DNA from: a virus
Reading direction: 5' to 3' (one strand)
IMG/VR virus record: IMGVR_UViG_3300028045_000007
Span: 64,001 to 128,000 of that record
Length of the DNA: 64,000 bases
The translations under genes and the position numbers were made by a program. Below, piece after piece: positions 41,625-52,273 of the stretch. Numbering within the stretch: position 1 is the stretch's first letter; the number at the start of each line of letters is the position of its first letter. The notes below the pieces were generated by a model. That model was not told the DNA's origin. It saw nothing but the letters and a program-made list of their open reading frames with translations, and ran no database searches.

Positions 41625-42186
41625 CATCATTCGTGACATCGATGGCGTTTTATGCTATAACAATTTTGAGTTCTGTGATCCAGTGCCATTCTTGAATTCG
41701 TGCCCAGCTATTTTTCCTGGGTCGTTTAACCCCGTACACGATGCACATTTGGCTATTGGTACGGAATGCTTATTTGAGATCTGTGTAGACAATTTCTATA
41801 AGGGACTTGCCGATCCGGAAGATATCCTGCATCGCATTAAGATGTTGTCACTATGTGGCGTGCCCGTATTGCTCACCAAGGGTCGTAGTTATGTTGAAAA
41901 AGACAGGCTGTTGCGTAGTTGTCGCAATACACGCTACGTGTATCGTATTGGCAGTGATGCGTGGCACAGATGCATTCGATCTGAGGGTATGTTTGATGGC
42001 GTAGACGCTGCCTTTGAAGTGTACGCCTATCCTGGCGAGACCGTTGCGAGTGCAGACCTAGACTTTTGTGTTGTTCATCTACCAAGACCTCAGGTGCGTG
42101 CGTCTGATATCCGACTGGGTAAACCACACAATATCCCCGACGTTGTTAGGGAGTATATAGATCAAAACGGATTGTATCAAGTATGA
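41608..42186 (+). CDS. HxGH-type nucleotidyltransferase (NadD/cytidylyltransferase-like)
   Basis: IFPGSFNPVHDAH, IGSD, RASDIR, P..V.EYI...GLY. Confidence 0.75.
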   Translation: MRLESDIIRDIDGVLCYNNFEFCDPVPFLNSCPAIFPGSFNPVHDAHLAIGTECLFEICVDNFYKGLADPEDILHRIKMLSLCGVPVLLTKGRSYVEKDRLLRSCRNTRYVYRIGSDAWHRCIRSEGMFDGVDAAFEVYAYPGETVASADLDFCVVHLPRPQVRASDIRLGKPHNIPDVVREYIDQNGLYQV

Positions 42187-43040
42187 AATTATCGTATATT
42201 GTAGCTACATACAACTGTCCCCACTGGCTGGATTTACATCTTGCCAATTTGATCGAAGGACAGACAGATCGTGATTTTGAAGTACTCGTTGTTCATCACG
42301 AATCACCCAATTATGATAGAGAAGTAGGAGAAAAATGGGCAGCGATTGATGATCGCGTACGTAACCTAGACGATAAGGACTATGGGTGCTACGCCCCCGC
42401 CTGGATTCATGGCTGGAAACATGCAAAGGGTGATTTCGTTGTCAACAGTAACACGGACGACTTCCATCATCCGGACTTTACCAGCGAATTCCATAAACAT
42501 ATGACATTGGCGACCAAAGGGGTTCTATCTCCTTATCCTATAGCATTTGGCTATGCAGGCATGCAGGTTGTACGCGAAGACGGTAGAATGGTCGGTGCGG
42601 GACTAAAGCCAGCCTTCGATTTTGAGCTAATGACTCGTGAATGCTGGGGTGGACCCCAGGTATGCTGGCGTAACGATGACGACTTTCGTCAGACGGTTGA
42701 CTGGGATCTGATGTTGGATCGAGCCAAGAGCTATCACTCCGCGTATGACTACTGGCTATGGCTTTACTTCTTAAGTTTGGGGTATCACGGCTACGTTATC
42801 CAGAAGATACTGACTATCTACACACAAAGAGATGGGTCCGTCGAGAATGCTAACAAGTGGCAAAATAATTGGGAAACATATGCGTCCATTAGTGAGTTTT
42901 TCGGACATAATTTTGATGGACACTTGAAACACGCTCGGGAGTTTCGTGACTTCCATACATTGCCCCCCAAGGACAAGTGGGTAGAGACTATGCAAGCAGG
43001 AAAAAAATGGAAAAGATCAAAGCGTGGTGGTACAAACTAG
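42183..43040 (+). CDS. GT2 glycosyltransferase
   Basis: SYIVATYN, QT..DFEV, AKGDFV..SNTDD, DYWLWL. Confidence 0.82.
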   Translation: MKLSYIVATYNCPHWLDLHLANLIEGQTDRDFEVLVVHHESPNYDREVGEKWAAIDDRVRNLDDKDYGCYAPAWIHGWKHAKGDFVVNSNTDDFHHPDFTSEFHKHMTLATKGVLSPYPIAFGYAGMQVVREDGRMVGAGLKPAFDFELMTRECWGGPQVCWRNDDDFRQTVDWDLMLDRAKSYHSAYDYWLWLYFLSLGYHGYVIQKILTIYTQRDGSVENANKWQNNWETYASISEFFGHNFDGHLKHAREFRDFHTLPPKDKWVETMQAGKKWKRSKRGGTN

Positions 43041-43417
43041 TCGCTAGCGACCTCGTTCTGAAGATTAAGCTCGTGGACGCTCGACTTGCTAGTGAAAAAA
43101 TCATTAGTGATGCCCTCAGAAAAGAACTAAACTCGGTACGCAGGAGATACGCCGAGGTTACGGAAAAGCTCCACATGAAGCTTGCAAATGATGATTCCAG
43201 AGCGGCAGTTCAGATCCTTAGGGAGAGAATGGGCATGGATTCAACCCTTCCTGGCAAGCTTGATATCGTCAGACAACAACTTCGTCAGGAACTTGCCGTA
43301 GCCTGCTATCACGACGAGTTACTTGAACATTACGCCAGCGATCAGTGCTCTTTCGACGACCTTCCTCTTGAGGAACGTAAGCGATACTTCAAGATGATCG
43401 ACGACCAAACCTCATGA
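43007..43417 (+). CDS. hypothetical protein
   Basis: coiled-coil-like ORF, coupled to next gene. Confidence 0.5.
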   Translation: MEKIKAWWYKLVASDLVLKIKLVDARLASEKIISDALRKELNSVRRRYAEVTEKLHMKLANDDSRAAVQILRERMGMDSTLPGKLDIVRQQLRQELAVACYHDELLEHYASDQCSFDDLPLEERKRYFKMIDDQTS

Positions 43418-44484
43418 TTAAGATTCTGCATTACCTACGTAACTTGGGGCTCGGAGGCACCGAAAAGACCTGTGAGTTGTTTTTCAAGTATTCGTCTAGT
43501 GATTTTGACGTTGTGGTTGCGTACGAAAAGACTGGCGATCATACCAGATTGCAGCAATTTCGAGATGCCGCTGACGAGTGTGATGGTAGACTCTATGAGG
43601 TAGACTCGCATTCTACTGATTCTGATCTTGTAGCACTCATCAATAAGATTAAGCCAGACATTGTTCATGTGTATCGTAGTGGTTTTGAGGAGTATCCAGA
43701 GCCCGGTACGCATATTGACGTACCCCATTTTGTAGAGACTAACGTCTTTGGGTTTGTTGATCGCAATCCCCTGATTGATCGTACTCTGTTTATGAGTAGG
43801 TGGCTAATGGACAATACGCTTCGTGGTTTTTATCACTCGCGTTTTGACTATGTGAACAACCCCGTTGAGGAGCCTTATACTCAGGAGCGACTCCCTGGAC
43901 TTGCCGAAGAGATCACGTGGCTTGGTCGTTGTGGTCGTCCAGACAATGGCATCTATAATGCCGTGAACGTTGAGGCTGCTCGTCTATTGCGTCTCCAGGG
44001 ACACGACGTAGGTTTTATTGTGATGGCTCCTCCTAGCAATATGATTGATGACCTGAAGCGTCACGGCATCCCCTATCGTGCTATTAAGCCCACGACTGAT
44101 CCTGTTGAACTAAGTAAGTTCTACAATTCGGTTGACATCTATGCTCACGCACGAGCAGATGGTGAGACGTTTGGCGTAAACATTGCCGAAGCGATGATGC
44201 ACGGCAAGCCGGTCGTGACGCATATTGCCACGCCTAGTAACCCCCAAATGGGCGTTTTTCAGTCGCAAACAGAACTTGTAGATCATGGTAGCACTGGCAT
44301 TGTCGTTAACAATAATGCCGCTGAGTATTCTGAAGCACTGAAGGTTTTGTTAGATCCAGTCATGAGGGAAGGAATGGGGGCCGCTGGCTTCATTAAGGCC
44401 GTTCGTGAATATCATGTTGACGCATGTGTTCGGAAACTAGAAAAGATTTATAGAGAGATTACAAATGGAAAAACTGAAGTTTGA
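43414..44484 (+). CDS. GT4 glycosyltransferase
   Basis: LGGTEK, GETFGVNIAEAMMHGKPVV. Confidence 0.88.
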   Translation: MIKILHYLRNLGLGGTEKTCELFFKYSSSDFDVVVAYEKTGDHTRLQQFRDAADECDGRLYEVDSHSTDSDLVALINKIKPDIVHVYRSGFEEYPEPGTHIDVPHFVETNVFGFVDRNPLIDRTLFMSRWLMDNTLRGFYHSRFDYVNNPVEEPYTQERLPGLAEEITWLGRCGRPDNGIYNAVNVEAARLLRLQGHDVGFIVMAPPSNMIDDLKRHGIPYRAIKPTTDPVELSKFYNSVDIYAHARADGETFGVNIAEAMMHGKPVVTHIATPSNPQMGVFQSQTELVDHGSTGIVVNNNAAEYSEALKVLLDPVMREGMGAAGFIKAVREYHVDACVRKLEKIYREITNGKTEV

Positions 44485-44845
44485 TAAGATGTTCCTGCTC
44501 CAAAGACTAAACGAAAATCGTAAACGTCACGAGACCATTTTCGAGGAAGCCATCGAGGGCTATCGTACTAATGCGGTTGTTCATCTTGAGGAGCGTCTGG
44601 AGGACTTTGAGGCTGGCAAGGATGTCAATCTATATTTTACGCTAGATAAGCCATCGAACCATTTGAAGGACTACGATCGTGTCATCATGATGATTGAGCA
44701 CAGCGTGGAGACCGAGATCGAGCTTACCGAGAGCGAGTATGCACACTACGTCATGGACGACTGGAGTTGGCAGCGTTCATTCATGACATCTAACTCGTTC
44801 TATTCGACCACGGCTACCTCTGGCTGCCTGGAAATGGGATACTAA
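44465..44845 (+). CDS. hypothetical phage protein
   Basis: 126-aa ORF in operon. Confidence 0.55.
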   Translation: MEKLKFDKMFLLQRLNENRKRHETIFEEAIEGYRTNAVVHLEERLEDFEAGKDVNLYFTLDKPSNHLKDYDRVIMMIEHSVETEIELTESEYAHYVMDDWSWQRSFMTSNSFYSTTATSGCLEMGY

Positions 44846-45063
44846 TGTTCTGGAGGGGCCACCACTGTTACGAAGTGTGCGGCGTATGTGGTAAGCTAGT
44901 AAGACTAAACAAACCTCTTCTTGGTAGCTTACACATATGTCTTACCGAAGAAGAACGTAACGGTTTTGTGACCCGGGACGGATGCCGTAAGGTCAAGCGT
45001 AGCGTAATAACACACGAGAACGAAAACGGAGCCTGTGGCTTTATTGAGTTTGAAGATGAATAA
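44845..45063 (+). CDS. small Cys-rich hypothetical protein
   Basis: CGVC; TAATG coupling. Confidence 0.45.
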   Translation: MFWRGHHCYEVCGVCGKLVRLNKPLLGSLHICLTEEERNGFVTRDGCRKVKRSVITHENENGACGFIEFEDE

Positions 45064-46222
45064 GATTAAAGTAGTACATCACTCTAAGACCTGTGGCTTT
45101 AGTGGCACAGATCGTACGGCTCAACTATTCTGTAAGTACCTTGCTACCAGCAAGCGTTTCGAGCCATTCATCGTATACCGTGAGGGTGATGGTGCAAATT
45201 CTCGCTTGGATATTGCTAGACAATGGCTAGGCGATGATCACGTCGTTGGTTACGAGTGGGAACCCGGCAAGAAGGGGCGTAACGCACCATTTATGCCACA
45301 GCATGATAACCTGCACGACGTACTAAAGGGTATCGACCCAGACATCGTGCATGTTCACCGCTCAGGGTATGCCGAGTGGCCCGGGTTTCGCTATATGGCC
45401 CCGCGTGCTAAATGGGTAGAGACTAACATCTTTGGGTATACTGACGACACGCCCGAGTCTCAGTTTGACCTTCACGTCTACATCTCCGATTACATCTGCT
45501 CGCGTGCCATGAACGACGGTGGACCTAACGGCCCCGTGCTGTACAATCCTATTGAGCAGCCCGTACTGGATATGACGCCTGAAAACAAAGAGTTGTGTCG
45601 TGAGCGGCTCCTAACCAAGTTCAAGATTCCGCACAATGCTGTCCTACTTGGTCGTGTTGGGCGTCCCGACAACTTTGATCCCATCTCTCTGCGTGCGTTT
45701 GCAGAGGTCGAGAAGGAATTTCCAGAAGCTTGGTACATCGTGATTGGTGCATGTGAGAGGTGGCACGCCGAAGCCAAACGTCTAGGTATCCAGAACATTA
45801 GGTTTGGCGACATCATCATCGATGACGCCGAGCTGTCTGCGTTCTACCACGGGCTTGATGTTTATGCTCATGCCCGCCATGACGGCGAGTGTTGCCCATG
45901 TAACATCCAGGAAGCCATGATGCATGGCGTTCCCGTGGTGTCACACGAGAGTGCCATCTACAATGGTCAGTCCGAAATCATTGGTGATGCTGGTTTTGTT
46001 GTGCCTATTGGTAACCACGAAGCCTATCGCGACATCATCGTGCAACTAATCTTGGATCCAGAGGTTGTAGACGAAGACGGCACCGGTATGGTGCGACTTC
46101 GCAGCCATTTCAGCCGTGCGGCACGCAGACGTGCTATGCGGTACTTCGATGCCGAGTGTATCACTAAACAACTTATACAATGTTACGACTGGGTTTTGTC
46201 TCATGAAAGTAATCAGCTTTAG
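45056..46222 (+). CDS. GT4 glycosyltransferase (paralog of 43414..44484)
   Basis: PDIVHVHRSG, VETNIFG, LGRVGRPDN, YAHARHDGE...EAMMHG. Confidence 0.85.
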   Translation: MNKIKVVHHSKTCGFSGTDRTAQLFCKYLATSKRFEPFIVYREGDGANSRLDIARQWLGDDHVVGYEWEPGKKGRNAPFMPQHDNLHDVLKGIDPDIVHVHRSGYAEWPGFRYMAPRAKWVETNIFGYTDDTPESQFDLHVYISDYICSRAMNDGGPNGPVLYNPIEQPVLDMTPENKELCRERLLTKFKIPHNAVLLGRVGRPDNFDPISLRAFAEVEKEFPEAWYIVIGACERWHAEAKRLGIQNIRFGDIIIDDAELSAFYHGLDVYAHARHDGECCPCNIQEAMMHGVPVVSHESAIYNGQSEIIGDAGFVVPIGNHEAYRDIIVQLILDPEVVDEDGTGMVRLRSHFSRAARRRAMRYFDAECITKQLIQCYDWVLSHESNQL

Positions 46223-46943
46223 TCTATGGGGCAATGACCCCAAGTATACCCGTGGTGCCATTCGCAACGTGCAACTGGCGTCAGCCCTGTTCCCCGATTG
46301 GCGGTGTCGCTTCTACGTTGGTAAATCGACCGACTACTCGTTTACAGAGAATCTCCAGTCGCTAACTAAAGACTGGGTACGTTACGCACGTGTTGACGGT
46401 ACATGGGAGCCCATGTGTGGTGGCAGCAGTACGCACGCCCCCAAGGTCGAGATCTATCACGTACCCGAAGAGGGCGATTGGCGTGGCATGTTTTGGCGTT
46501 TCGAGCCCGCAGCAGAGAACAATGTAGAGGCCATGATCAGCCGTGACTGTGACAGTAGGCTTTCACTCCGCGAGAGGGTCGCCGTAAACGAGTGGATGGA
46601 GTCTAGCAAGGGATTCCACATCATGCGAGACCACCCTTGGCACGGCACAGAGATTCTCGGCGGCATGTGGGGCGTTAAGCGTAATATGTTGCCCGATATG
46701 CGTGAACTGATGGCCGACTGGCATCAGGAGGATCGCTGGCAGACCGATCAAGACTTCTTGAAGGCCAAGATCTATCCCCGCGTGGTCAACGCCTCCATGA
46801 TTCACGCCTCCTTTTGTGGTTTCGAGGCACACGCACAGGACTTTCCTATGGCAAGACTTGGCACGGAATTTATCGGCCAAGTGTTTGACGAAAACGAGAC
46901 TACAATTAGAGAACATGTCGAGGCATTAGCAAAAGTACTATGA
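46203..46943 (+). CDS. putative GT-A-like protein (KVISFSLWG type)
   Basis: ISFSLWG..KY, MFWRF, SRDCDSR (DxD), MRDHP.H..ILGGMWG, DQDFL. Confidence 0.6.
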   Translation: MKVISFSLWGNDPKYTRGAIRNVQLASALFPDWRCRFYVGKSTDYSFTENLQSLTKDWVRYARVDGTWEPMCGGSSTHAPKVEIYHVPEEGDWRGMFWRFEPAAENNVEAMISRDCDSRLSLRERVAVNEWMESSKGFHIMRDHPWHGTEILGGMWGVKRNMLPDMRELMADWHQEDRWQTDQDFLKAKIYPRVVNASMIHASFCGFEAHAQDFPMARLGTEFIGQVFDENETTIREHVEALAKVL

Positions 46944-47995
46944 AAGCACTGTCTTTCGACGACATCTCGCTCGTGCCGAGGTACAACAACATTACGTCAC
47001 GTCGTGACGTAGACACTAGCGTTCAGTTTGGTGATCTAAAACTGCGTATCCCTGTGTTTTCATCTAATATGGACACGGTCACCGATGCTCGCATGGCACG
47101 TAGGCTTCATTCGTTAGGCGGACTTGGTTTTCTACATAGATTTTGCTCTATCGAAGACAATGCTGCGATGTATTATCAGGCTCGTATAGCTGAGCCGGGC
47201 AATTCTCATAGTCCAGATGCCGTTGTGTCGTTAGGTGTCAACGAGGGGCTCGATCGTTTTCATGCTCTCTACGAGGTAGGTGCCCGCTATTTCTGTGTAG
47301 ACATTGCTCATGGACACAGCCAGCCAGTGGGTAGACTAGTCGAACAGATCAAACAGTTCGACAGTAGTGTATTCGTAGTCGCTGGAAACGTGTGTGAGAA
47401 CGCTGGAGCCAGCTACTTGGCCGACAAGGGTGCTGACGCAATCAAGGTAGGCATCGGCCCAGGAAGCGTTTGTACCACTAGACGTAAGTCTGGGTTTGGT
47501 ATCCCACAATTCACAGCCATTCGAGAGTGTCACCGTGTAAACTGTTTCGTGATCGCCGATGGCGGCATTCGTACGCCCGGTGACGTGGTGAAAGCCCTGT
47601 ATGCCGGTGCCGATGCAGTCATGATTGGAGGTATGTTTGCCGGGTGTGACGAGACTCCGGGCGATTTCATCGAAGACACCATCTGGGAGTCAGCGTCACC
47701 CGCAGGGTTTCTGCACCGCAAGGTTAAGGTGTACCGTGGCATGGCCTCCAAGGAAGCCCAAGACGAATTCATGGGATCCATGCACGACTGGAAGACCTCC
47801 GAGGGTGTCGAAATCAAGGTTCTGGCCAAAGGACCCGTTAGTGACGTAGTCACTGACCTAATGGGTGGTGTTCGTAGTGGTATGACCTACTGTGGGGCCA
47901 ATGAACTAAGTCAGATTCGCCAGAGAACATACCACGTTGAGGTTTCGGCGGCAGGAGCCGCCGAAGGTACGGCACACGGGAGGAATCAATCATGA
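46940..47995 (+). CDS. IMP dehydrogenase/GMP reductase family enzyme, no CBS domain
   Basis: [49 protein letters not shown]. Confidence 0.9.
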   Translation: MKALSFDDISLVPRYNNITSRRDVDTSVQFGDLKLRIPVFSSNMDTVTDARMARRLHSLGGLGFLHRFCSIEDNAAMYYQARIAEPGNSHSPDAVVSLGVNEGLDRFHALYEVGARYFCVDIAHGHSQPVGRLVEQIKQFDSSVFVVAGNVCENAGASYLADKGADAIKVGIGPGSVCTTRRKSGFGIPQFTAIRECHRVNCFVIADGGIRTPGDVVKALYAGADAVMIGGMFAGCDETPGDFIEDTIWESASPAGFLHRKVKVYRGMASKEAQDEFMGSMHDWKTSEGVEIKVLAKGPVSDVVTDLMGGVRSGMTYCGANELSQIRQRTYHVEVSAAGAAEGTAHGRNQS

Positions 47996-48177
47996 ACTAC
48001 TTCTATGTCAGAAACACCAAGAACGCCGAGGTCATCAAGGGGTTTCACCGCGAAATGATGGTCTGGCAAAGCGAAGAAGAGGCTACGGCATTCATTGAAC
48101 GTTTGCCTGTTGGCCAATCCTCGTGGGAGGTTGCCCGTTGTCCTATTGAAAATCGTCCAGAACAAGAAGACAAATGA
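47992..48177 (+). CDS. small hypothetical protein
   Basis: ATGA-coupled on both ends; GGAGG RBS. Confidence 0.5.
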   Translation: MNYFYVRNTKNAEVIKGFHREMMVWQSEEEATAFIERLPVGQSSWEVARCPIENRPEQEDK

Positions 48178-49091
48178 AGATTCTAGTCTCATATCGTGGC
48201 ATTCCGCAGTCACCAGGGTGGGCTGTCGGCGACATGGTTATTACGGCACTCCGTGACCTTGGTCACGAGGCCCACCCATACGCCAAGTACTATCAAAAGA
48301 ACGATTGGGTCAAGACTCGTCCCATGCTGGACGATCATGACTGGGACCTGATTCTGTACGTCGAATGCAACGATGCAGATCAGCAGTATACGGAGCTAAG
48401 GATAACACGTGCCCGTAAAACAGCTTGTTGGCTATTCGATACCAGCTATCACGAAGACCGTTACCAGTCTCTTGTGAACTACTTCGGCTTTGATCATCTT
48501 TTTCTAGCCAACCCACTCACTATCCAACAATACAAGGTATGGGGGTATAAGAATGTCCATTATCTACCTTATGCATCTGATAGCAAATTACACGTACGTT
48601 CGTTGGAACATCCCAAAACTCATGACGTGGTGCTTGTTGGGTCTGTTAGAGACGATAGGCGTACTCTTATTGCTCAGCTCCGTGAGGGCGGCATAAACGC
48701 AGAGTTAATTGGAGGCAAATTTCGCGAAGAGTACATTGATACCCTCGCAGCAGCGAGGGTAGTGGTCAATCAGAACCCCGAGATTGGTCGTGGCCTCCTA
48801 AACATGAGGTTTTTCGAGGCTCAATCTGCTGGTGCTATTCTATTGACAGAAGACAGTGATAGGCAACACAACCATTTAGTTTCCCTAGAAAAAGCTACCG
48901 AGGGCTCTATTGGTTATGATTCCATGAATGATTTAATGTTCCTTGCTCGTGAAGCTTTGGAAGATAGTGAAGGACGGCAAAAACATTGTGAGTGGGCACA
49001 GACTAATATACTCACTAACCACACCTATCATAATAGGTGTCAACAAATTTTAGAGACAGTGTTTTCAAATGAAAGAAACCGACAGTATTAG
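48174..49091 (+). CDS. CgeB-like glycosyltransferase
   Basis: YLPYA, DVVLVGS, ARVVVN, NMRFFEA..AG, NHTY.NR. Confidence 0.82.
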   Translation: MKILVSYRGIPQSPGWAVGDMVITALRDLGHEAHPYAKYYQKNDWVKTRPMLDDHDWDLILYVECNDADQQYTELRITRARKTACWLFDTSYHEDRYQSLVNYFGFDHLFLANPLTIQQYKVWGYKNVHYLPYASDSKLHVRSLEHPKTHDVVLVGSVRDDRRTLIAQLREGGINAELIGGKFREEYIDTLAAARVVVNQNPEIGRGLLNMRFFEAQSAGAILLTEDSDRQHNHLVSLEKATEGSIGYDSMNDLMFLAREALEDSEGRQKHCEWAQTNILTNHTYHNRCQQILETVFSNERNRQY

Positions 49092-49734
49092 TGTTTTACT
49101 CTGCGTACATAGCCAAGATCATGAACATGATATGCTTTTGCAGCGTGCCCTTGAGTCATTAGTGGCACAAACGTATACAGATTTCGAGACGGTCATCGTG
49201 ATGGACGAGTGCTGGGACGGCACCCGCCACATCGTTGATAGCTATGGTGAGGTGTTAGACTTACGGGTCCATGAACGCCCCCGCAAGGAGGGCTTGGCAG
49301 CAGCTAAGAACTTTGGCCTTAACCATTGCGACCACGAATGGATTGCCTATCTAGACGCCGACGATCAGTGGCTTGATTGCAAGCTCGAAGTGCAGCGGAA
49401 GTGGCTATTGGAGCGACCAGAGGTGGACTTTTGCGGGACAAACGCCTGGGACCTACTTGATGGTGCGATGGTACCCAATTGCTTTGAAGTCACGCAATAC
49501 AGCACGCATAACGATATTGTTGAGAGACTACCTTACGAGAATATCCTTTGTCATGGCAGCATGATGATTCGTCGTTCCGCTCTTCATGCTTTGGGTGGCT
49601 ATAGTCGTGACAAAGTGTTGCTTGGTCGTGAAGATTGGAATCTATGGCAACGAGCCGTGGCTGCCGGATATAACTTCGGCAAAATCGCGGAGAGGCTTTA
49701 CATTTACTCATTAGGAACTAGCGTACCCCGTTGA
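49069..49734 (+). CDS. GT2 glycosyltransferase
   Basis: SLVAQTY.DFE, GLAAAKNFG, IAYLDADD, KLE.Q, EDWNLW.R. Confidence 0.9.
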   Translation: MKETDSISVLLCVHSQDHEHDMLLQRALESLVAQTYTDFETVIVMDECWDGTRHIVDSYGEVLDLRVHERPRKEGLAAAKNFGLNHCDHEWIAYLDADDQWLDCKLEVQRKWLLERPEVDFCGTNAWDLLDGAMVPNCFEVTQYSTHNDIVERLPYENILCHGSMMIRRSALHALGGYSRDKVLLGREDWNLWQRAVAAGYNFGKIAERLYIYSLGTSVPR

Positions 49735-49736
49735 CA

Positions 49737-50390
49737 ATGAATACTAAAGGACATAATCCATTTAAAGATACGCCCGACAATCATGATTTCATGACCGAGG
49801 AGCACGTCTCTGTTTTTCTTCGGAACCACAAGACAGGAGTTGATAATCTGGGACGACACATGCTGGTAGACATAGTTGCACGGTATGATAATCCCAGGGT
49901 GTTGGACATGGCATGTGGCACGTGTGTCAACTGGGATGTATTCAAACAACGCGGACTCAAGTGTCAATATGTTGGTTTAGATCGTACGACCAGTATGATT
50001 CTCGAAGCAGATAAACGCTATGGCACTGAGATCACCCTTCATGAAGGATATGTACAGCGTACAGGGCTACCTGATGACTTCGCCGACATAGCTATTATGC
50101 GACACATACTTGAGCATTTACAGGAGGGGTATGAGGATGCGATTAGAGAGGGGTTGCGTGTTGCCTCCAAGGAACTCGTTGTTGTTTTCTTCTTGACTCC
50201 TTCAAATAAGGATGAGGATGAAGTTAGTGAGTCCGAGCCAGATGAGAATGGCTGCACTTACTTCTGGAATACGTATAGTTGGTCCAAGTTTGCCGAGTTC
50301 GTTGCCACTTTGGGCGTACAGATGAAAGTTGGGCACGTTGTAACCCCTGGTGCCGCTCATGCTGACACGATTGTTCGACTAATCAAATGA
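49737..50390 (+). CDS. class I SAM methyltransferase
   Basis: VLDMACGT, YVGLD, RHILEH. Confidence 0.82.
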   Translation: MNTKGHNPFKDTPDNHDFMTEEHVSVFLRNHKTGVDNLGRHMLVDIVARYDNPRVLDMACGTCVNWDVFKQRGLKCQYVGLDRTTSMILEADKRYGTEITLHEGYVQRTGLPDDFADIAIMRHILEHLQEGYEDAIREGLRVASKELVVVFFLTPSNKDEDEVSESEPDENGCTYFWNTYSWSKFAEFVATLGVQMKVGHVVTPGAAHADTIVRLIK

Positions 50391-51229
50391 TCCCCGACGT
50401 TACGTACTTCATTCTCGACTACAATCCACGCTGTCAAGATCAGGCGAGTGGATATCTTGATGCGTGTATTCGTTCGCTGTATGCCAACCGCAACAGCAGC
50501 ATCACGAGCGAAGTGTACGTGATTGATCAAGGTAATGGTTTTACCGACTACAAGAATGCACTAGCCAACAAGTGTGCTGGCTATGGCTTTCACTTCGTTG
50601 GCCTGGACCACAACAAGGGCATTTCCGGCGGCATCAATCTGGCGGCTCGCCTAAGTCGCAGTCCGCACCTATGTCTAGTGACCTCAGATACGACATTCAC
50701 GCCCGAGCTTGATACAGTGCTTTTGGGAGAGCTAGAAGCACACGATGACATCTATCAAATAACGCCTTCTGTAGATAAAGGAGACATTCCGTATCAGGTG
50801 CAAGGATTCACAGATAGCAAGGATCCTATCCGTTGTGCTGTTCAAGAGCTTACTATTCAGTGCTGGAAAAGAGAAGTGTTTGACGTTATTGGCTACTGGG
50901 ATGAGCGATGGCTTGCTTGTTACGAGTCGGCAGACTATCCCCTGCGGTTATTTCTGACGGGGCGTTGCTCTGCGGCTATCACGCACAAGATTTCCTGCCA
51001 TCACGAGCACAATACTACCTATCACAATGGTTCCCTGGCGGACGCCTACGGTGGGCAGTTTGATCATGGGCCTCTACGTCATATGTGGGACGAGAAGTGG
51101 CCCGGCCTAGACTGGGACATGCTGTACGATCTGACTCAGTACAACGAAACCACGAGAGCCCGTCTTGCCGCCCAGTACTACCAAAACATCGCATTATCAT
51201 GGAACGCTCAGCAATCATCAGGCACCTGA
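50387..51229 (+). CDS. GT2 glycosyltransferase
   Basis: VIDQG, NKGISGGIN, IGYWDE..YESADY. Confidence 0.75.
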   Translation: MIPDVTYFILDYNPRCQDQASGYLDACIRSLYANRNSSITSEVYVIDQGNGFTDYKNALANKCAGYGFHFVGLDHNKGISGGINLAARLSRSPHLCLVTSDTTFTPELDTVLLGELEAHDDIYQITPSVDKGDIPYQVQGFTDSKDPIRCAVQELTIQCWKREVFDVIGYWDERWLACYESADYPLRLFLTGRCSAAITHKISCHHEHNTTYHNGSLADAYGGQFDHGPLRHMWDEKWPGLDWDMLYDLTQYNETTRARLAAQYYQNIALSWNAQQSSGT

Positions 51230-51777
51230 TCCGTGCATACGGCTTTCAGTCCTATCTCGAAATTGGCGTACGTGGTCGCGAGACCCTGAGTCAGATTGAT
51301 CTGTCCGTTGTGGACGGTGTCGATCCGAACGGCCAGGGCAACTATACCATGACCTCCGACGAGTTTTTCGAGTCCCATTGCAAGCGTAGTTATGATATAA
51401 TCTTTGTCGATGGACTACATTTGCATGAGCAGGCCAAAAAAGACATAGAAAATGCCCTGACGCATTTGAGCGACAACGGTATAATTGTAGTACATGACTG
51501 TCTTCCGGAAGAGGAGTGGCATCAGCTACGGGAAGGCATATCTGGGCGTCCCTGGAACGGAGACGTTTGGAAGGCTTTCGCGGATCTGCGATCCGAGAGG
51601 GCCGATCTTAGTATGTATGTTGTGGACACCGATTGGGGTTGCGGCATCATTAGACGTGGTTCTCAGTACCTCTACCCTCGTCCTGATGAGTGGACTTGGG
51701 GGTATTTCAAGCAGCATAGAGACAATATCATGAACGTAGTAACAGTAGAGGAGTTCCTTGGATATTCACAACCGTAA
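51199..51777 (+). CDS. class I SAM methyltransferase (Methyltransf_24-like)
   Basis: YLEIGV, GVDP, TSDEFF, DIIFVDGLH, GIIVVHDC. Confidence 0.82.
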   Translation: MERSAIIRHLIRAYGFQSYLEIGVRGRETLSQIDLSVVDGVDPNGQGNYTMTSDEFFESHCKRSYDIIFVDGLHLHEQAKKDIENALTHLSDNGIIVVHDCLPEEEWHQLREGISGRPWNGDVWKAFADLRSERADLSMYVVDTDWGCGIIRRGSQYLYPRPDEWTWGYFKQHRDNIMNVVTVEEFLGYSQP

Positions 51778-52273
51778 ATGGATCGAGGCGGTAGCCCCGC
51801 AGTACTCGCCTTTCAATCCCGATCAGAAGGTGCTGGAAATTGGCAGTTGGATTGCCCCAGGACAGGAAGAGATCGTGTGTCGCAAGACTATTGCTCCGCT
51901 CGTTGGAGAATACGTCGGATTGGACATGCAGGACGGCAATGGCGTTGATGTTGTATCGGACGCCAAGCTCATGCCGTTCTCTGATGAGCACTTTCATGTA
52001 ATCATCAGTACCGATTGCTACGAACATGTAGATTGGCCTCGTGAAGTGACGCACGAGGCTTATCGTGTTTTGAAGCAAGGTGGCGTGTTCTACCTGACGA
52101 CCGTGTTTGACTTTGAGATTCATGGTTATCCGGATGACTTCTGGAGGTTCACGCCACACTGCATTAGGCTTCTTCTTGAGGACGCTGGATTTGAAGCGGT
52201 AGAGGTGACGGGGTGCGGCGGACCACATGCAAAGCGTCCGTGTATCGTCAGAGGAATAGGTATCAAGCGATGA
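51758..52273 (+). CDS. class I SAM methyltransferase
   Basis: VLEIGS, YVGLD, EHV, RVLKQGG, HGYPDDFWRFT. Confidence 0.85.
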   Translation: MDIHNRKWIEAVAPQYSPFNPDQKVLEIGSWIAPGQEEIVCRKTIAPLVGEYVGLDMQDGNGVDVVSDAKLMPFSDEHFHVIISTDCYEHVDWPREVTHEAYRVLKQGGVFYLTTVFDFEIHGYPDDFWRFTPHCIRLLLEDAGFEAVEVTGCGGPHAKRPCIVRGIGIKR

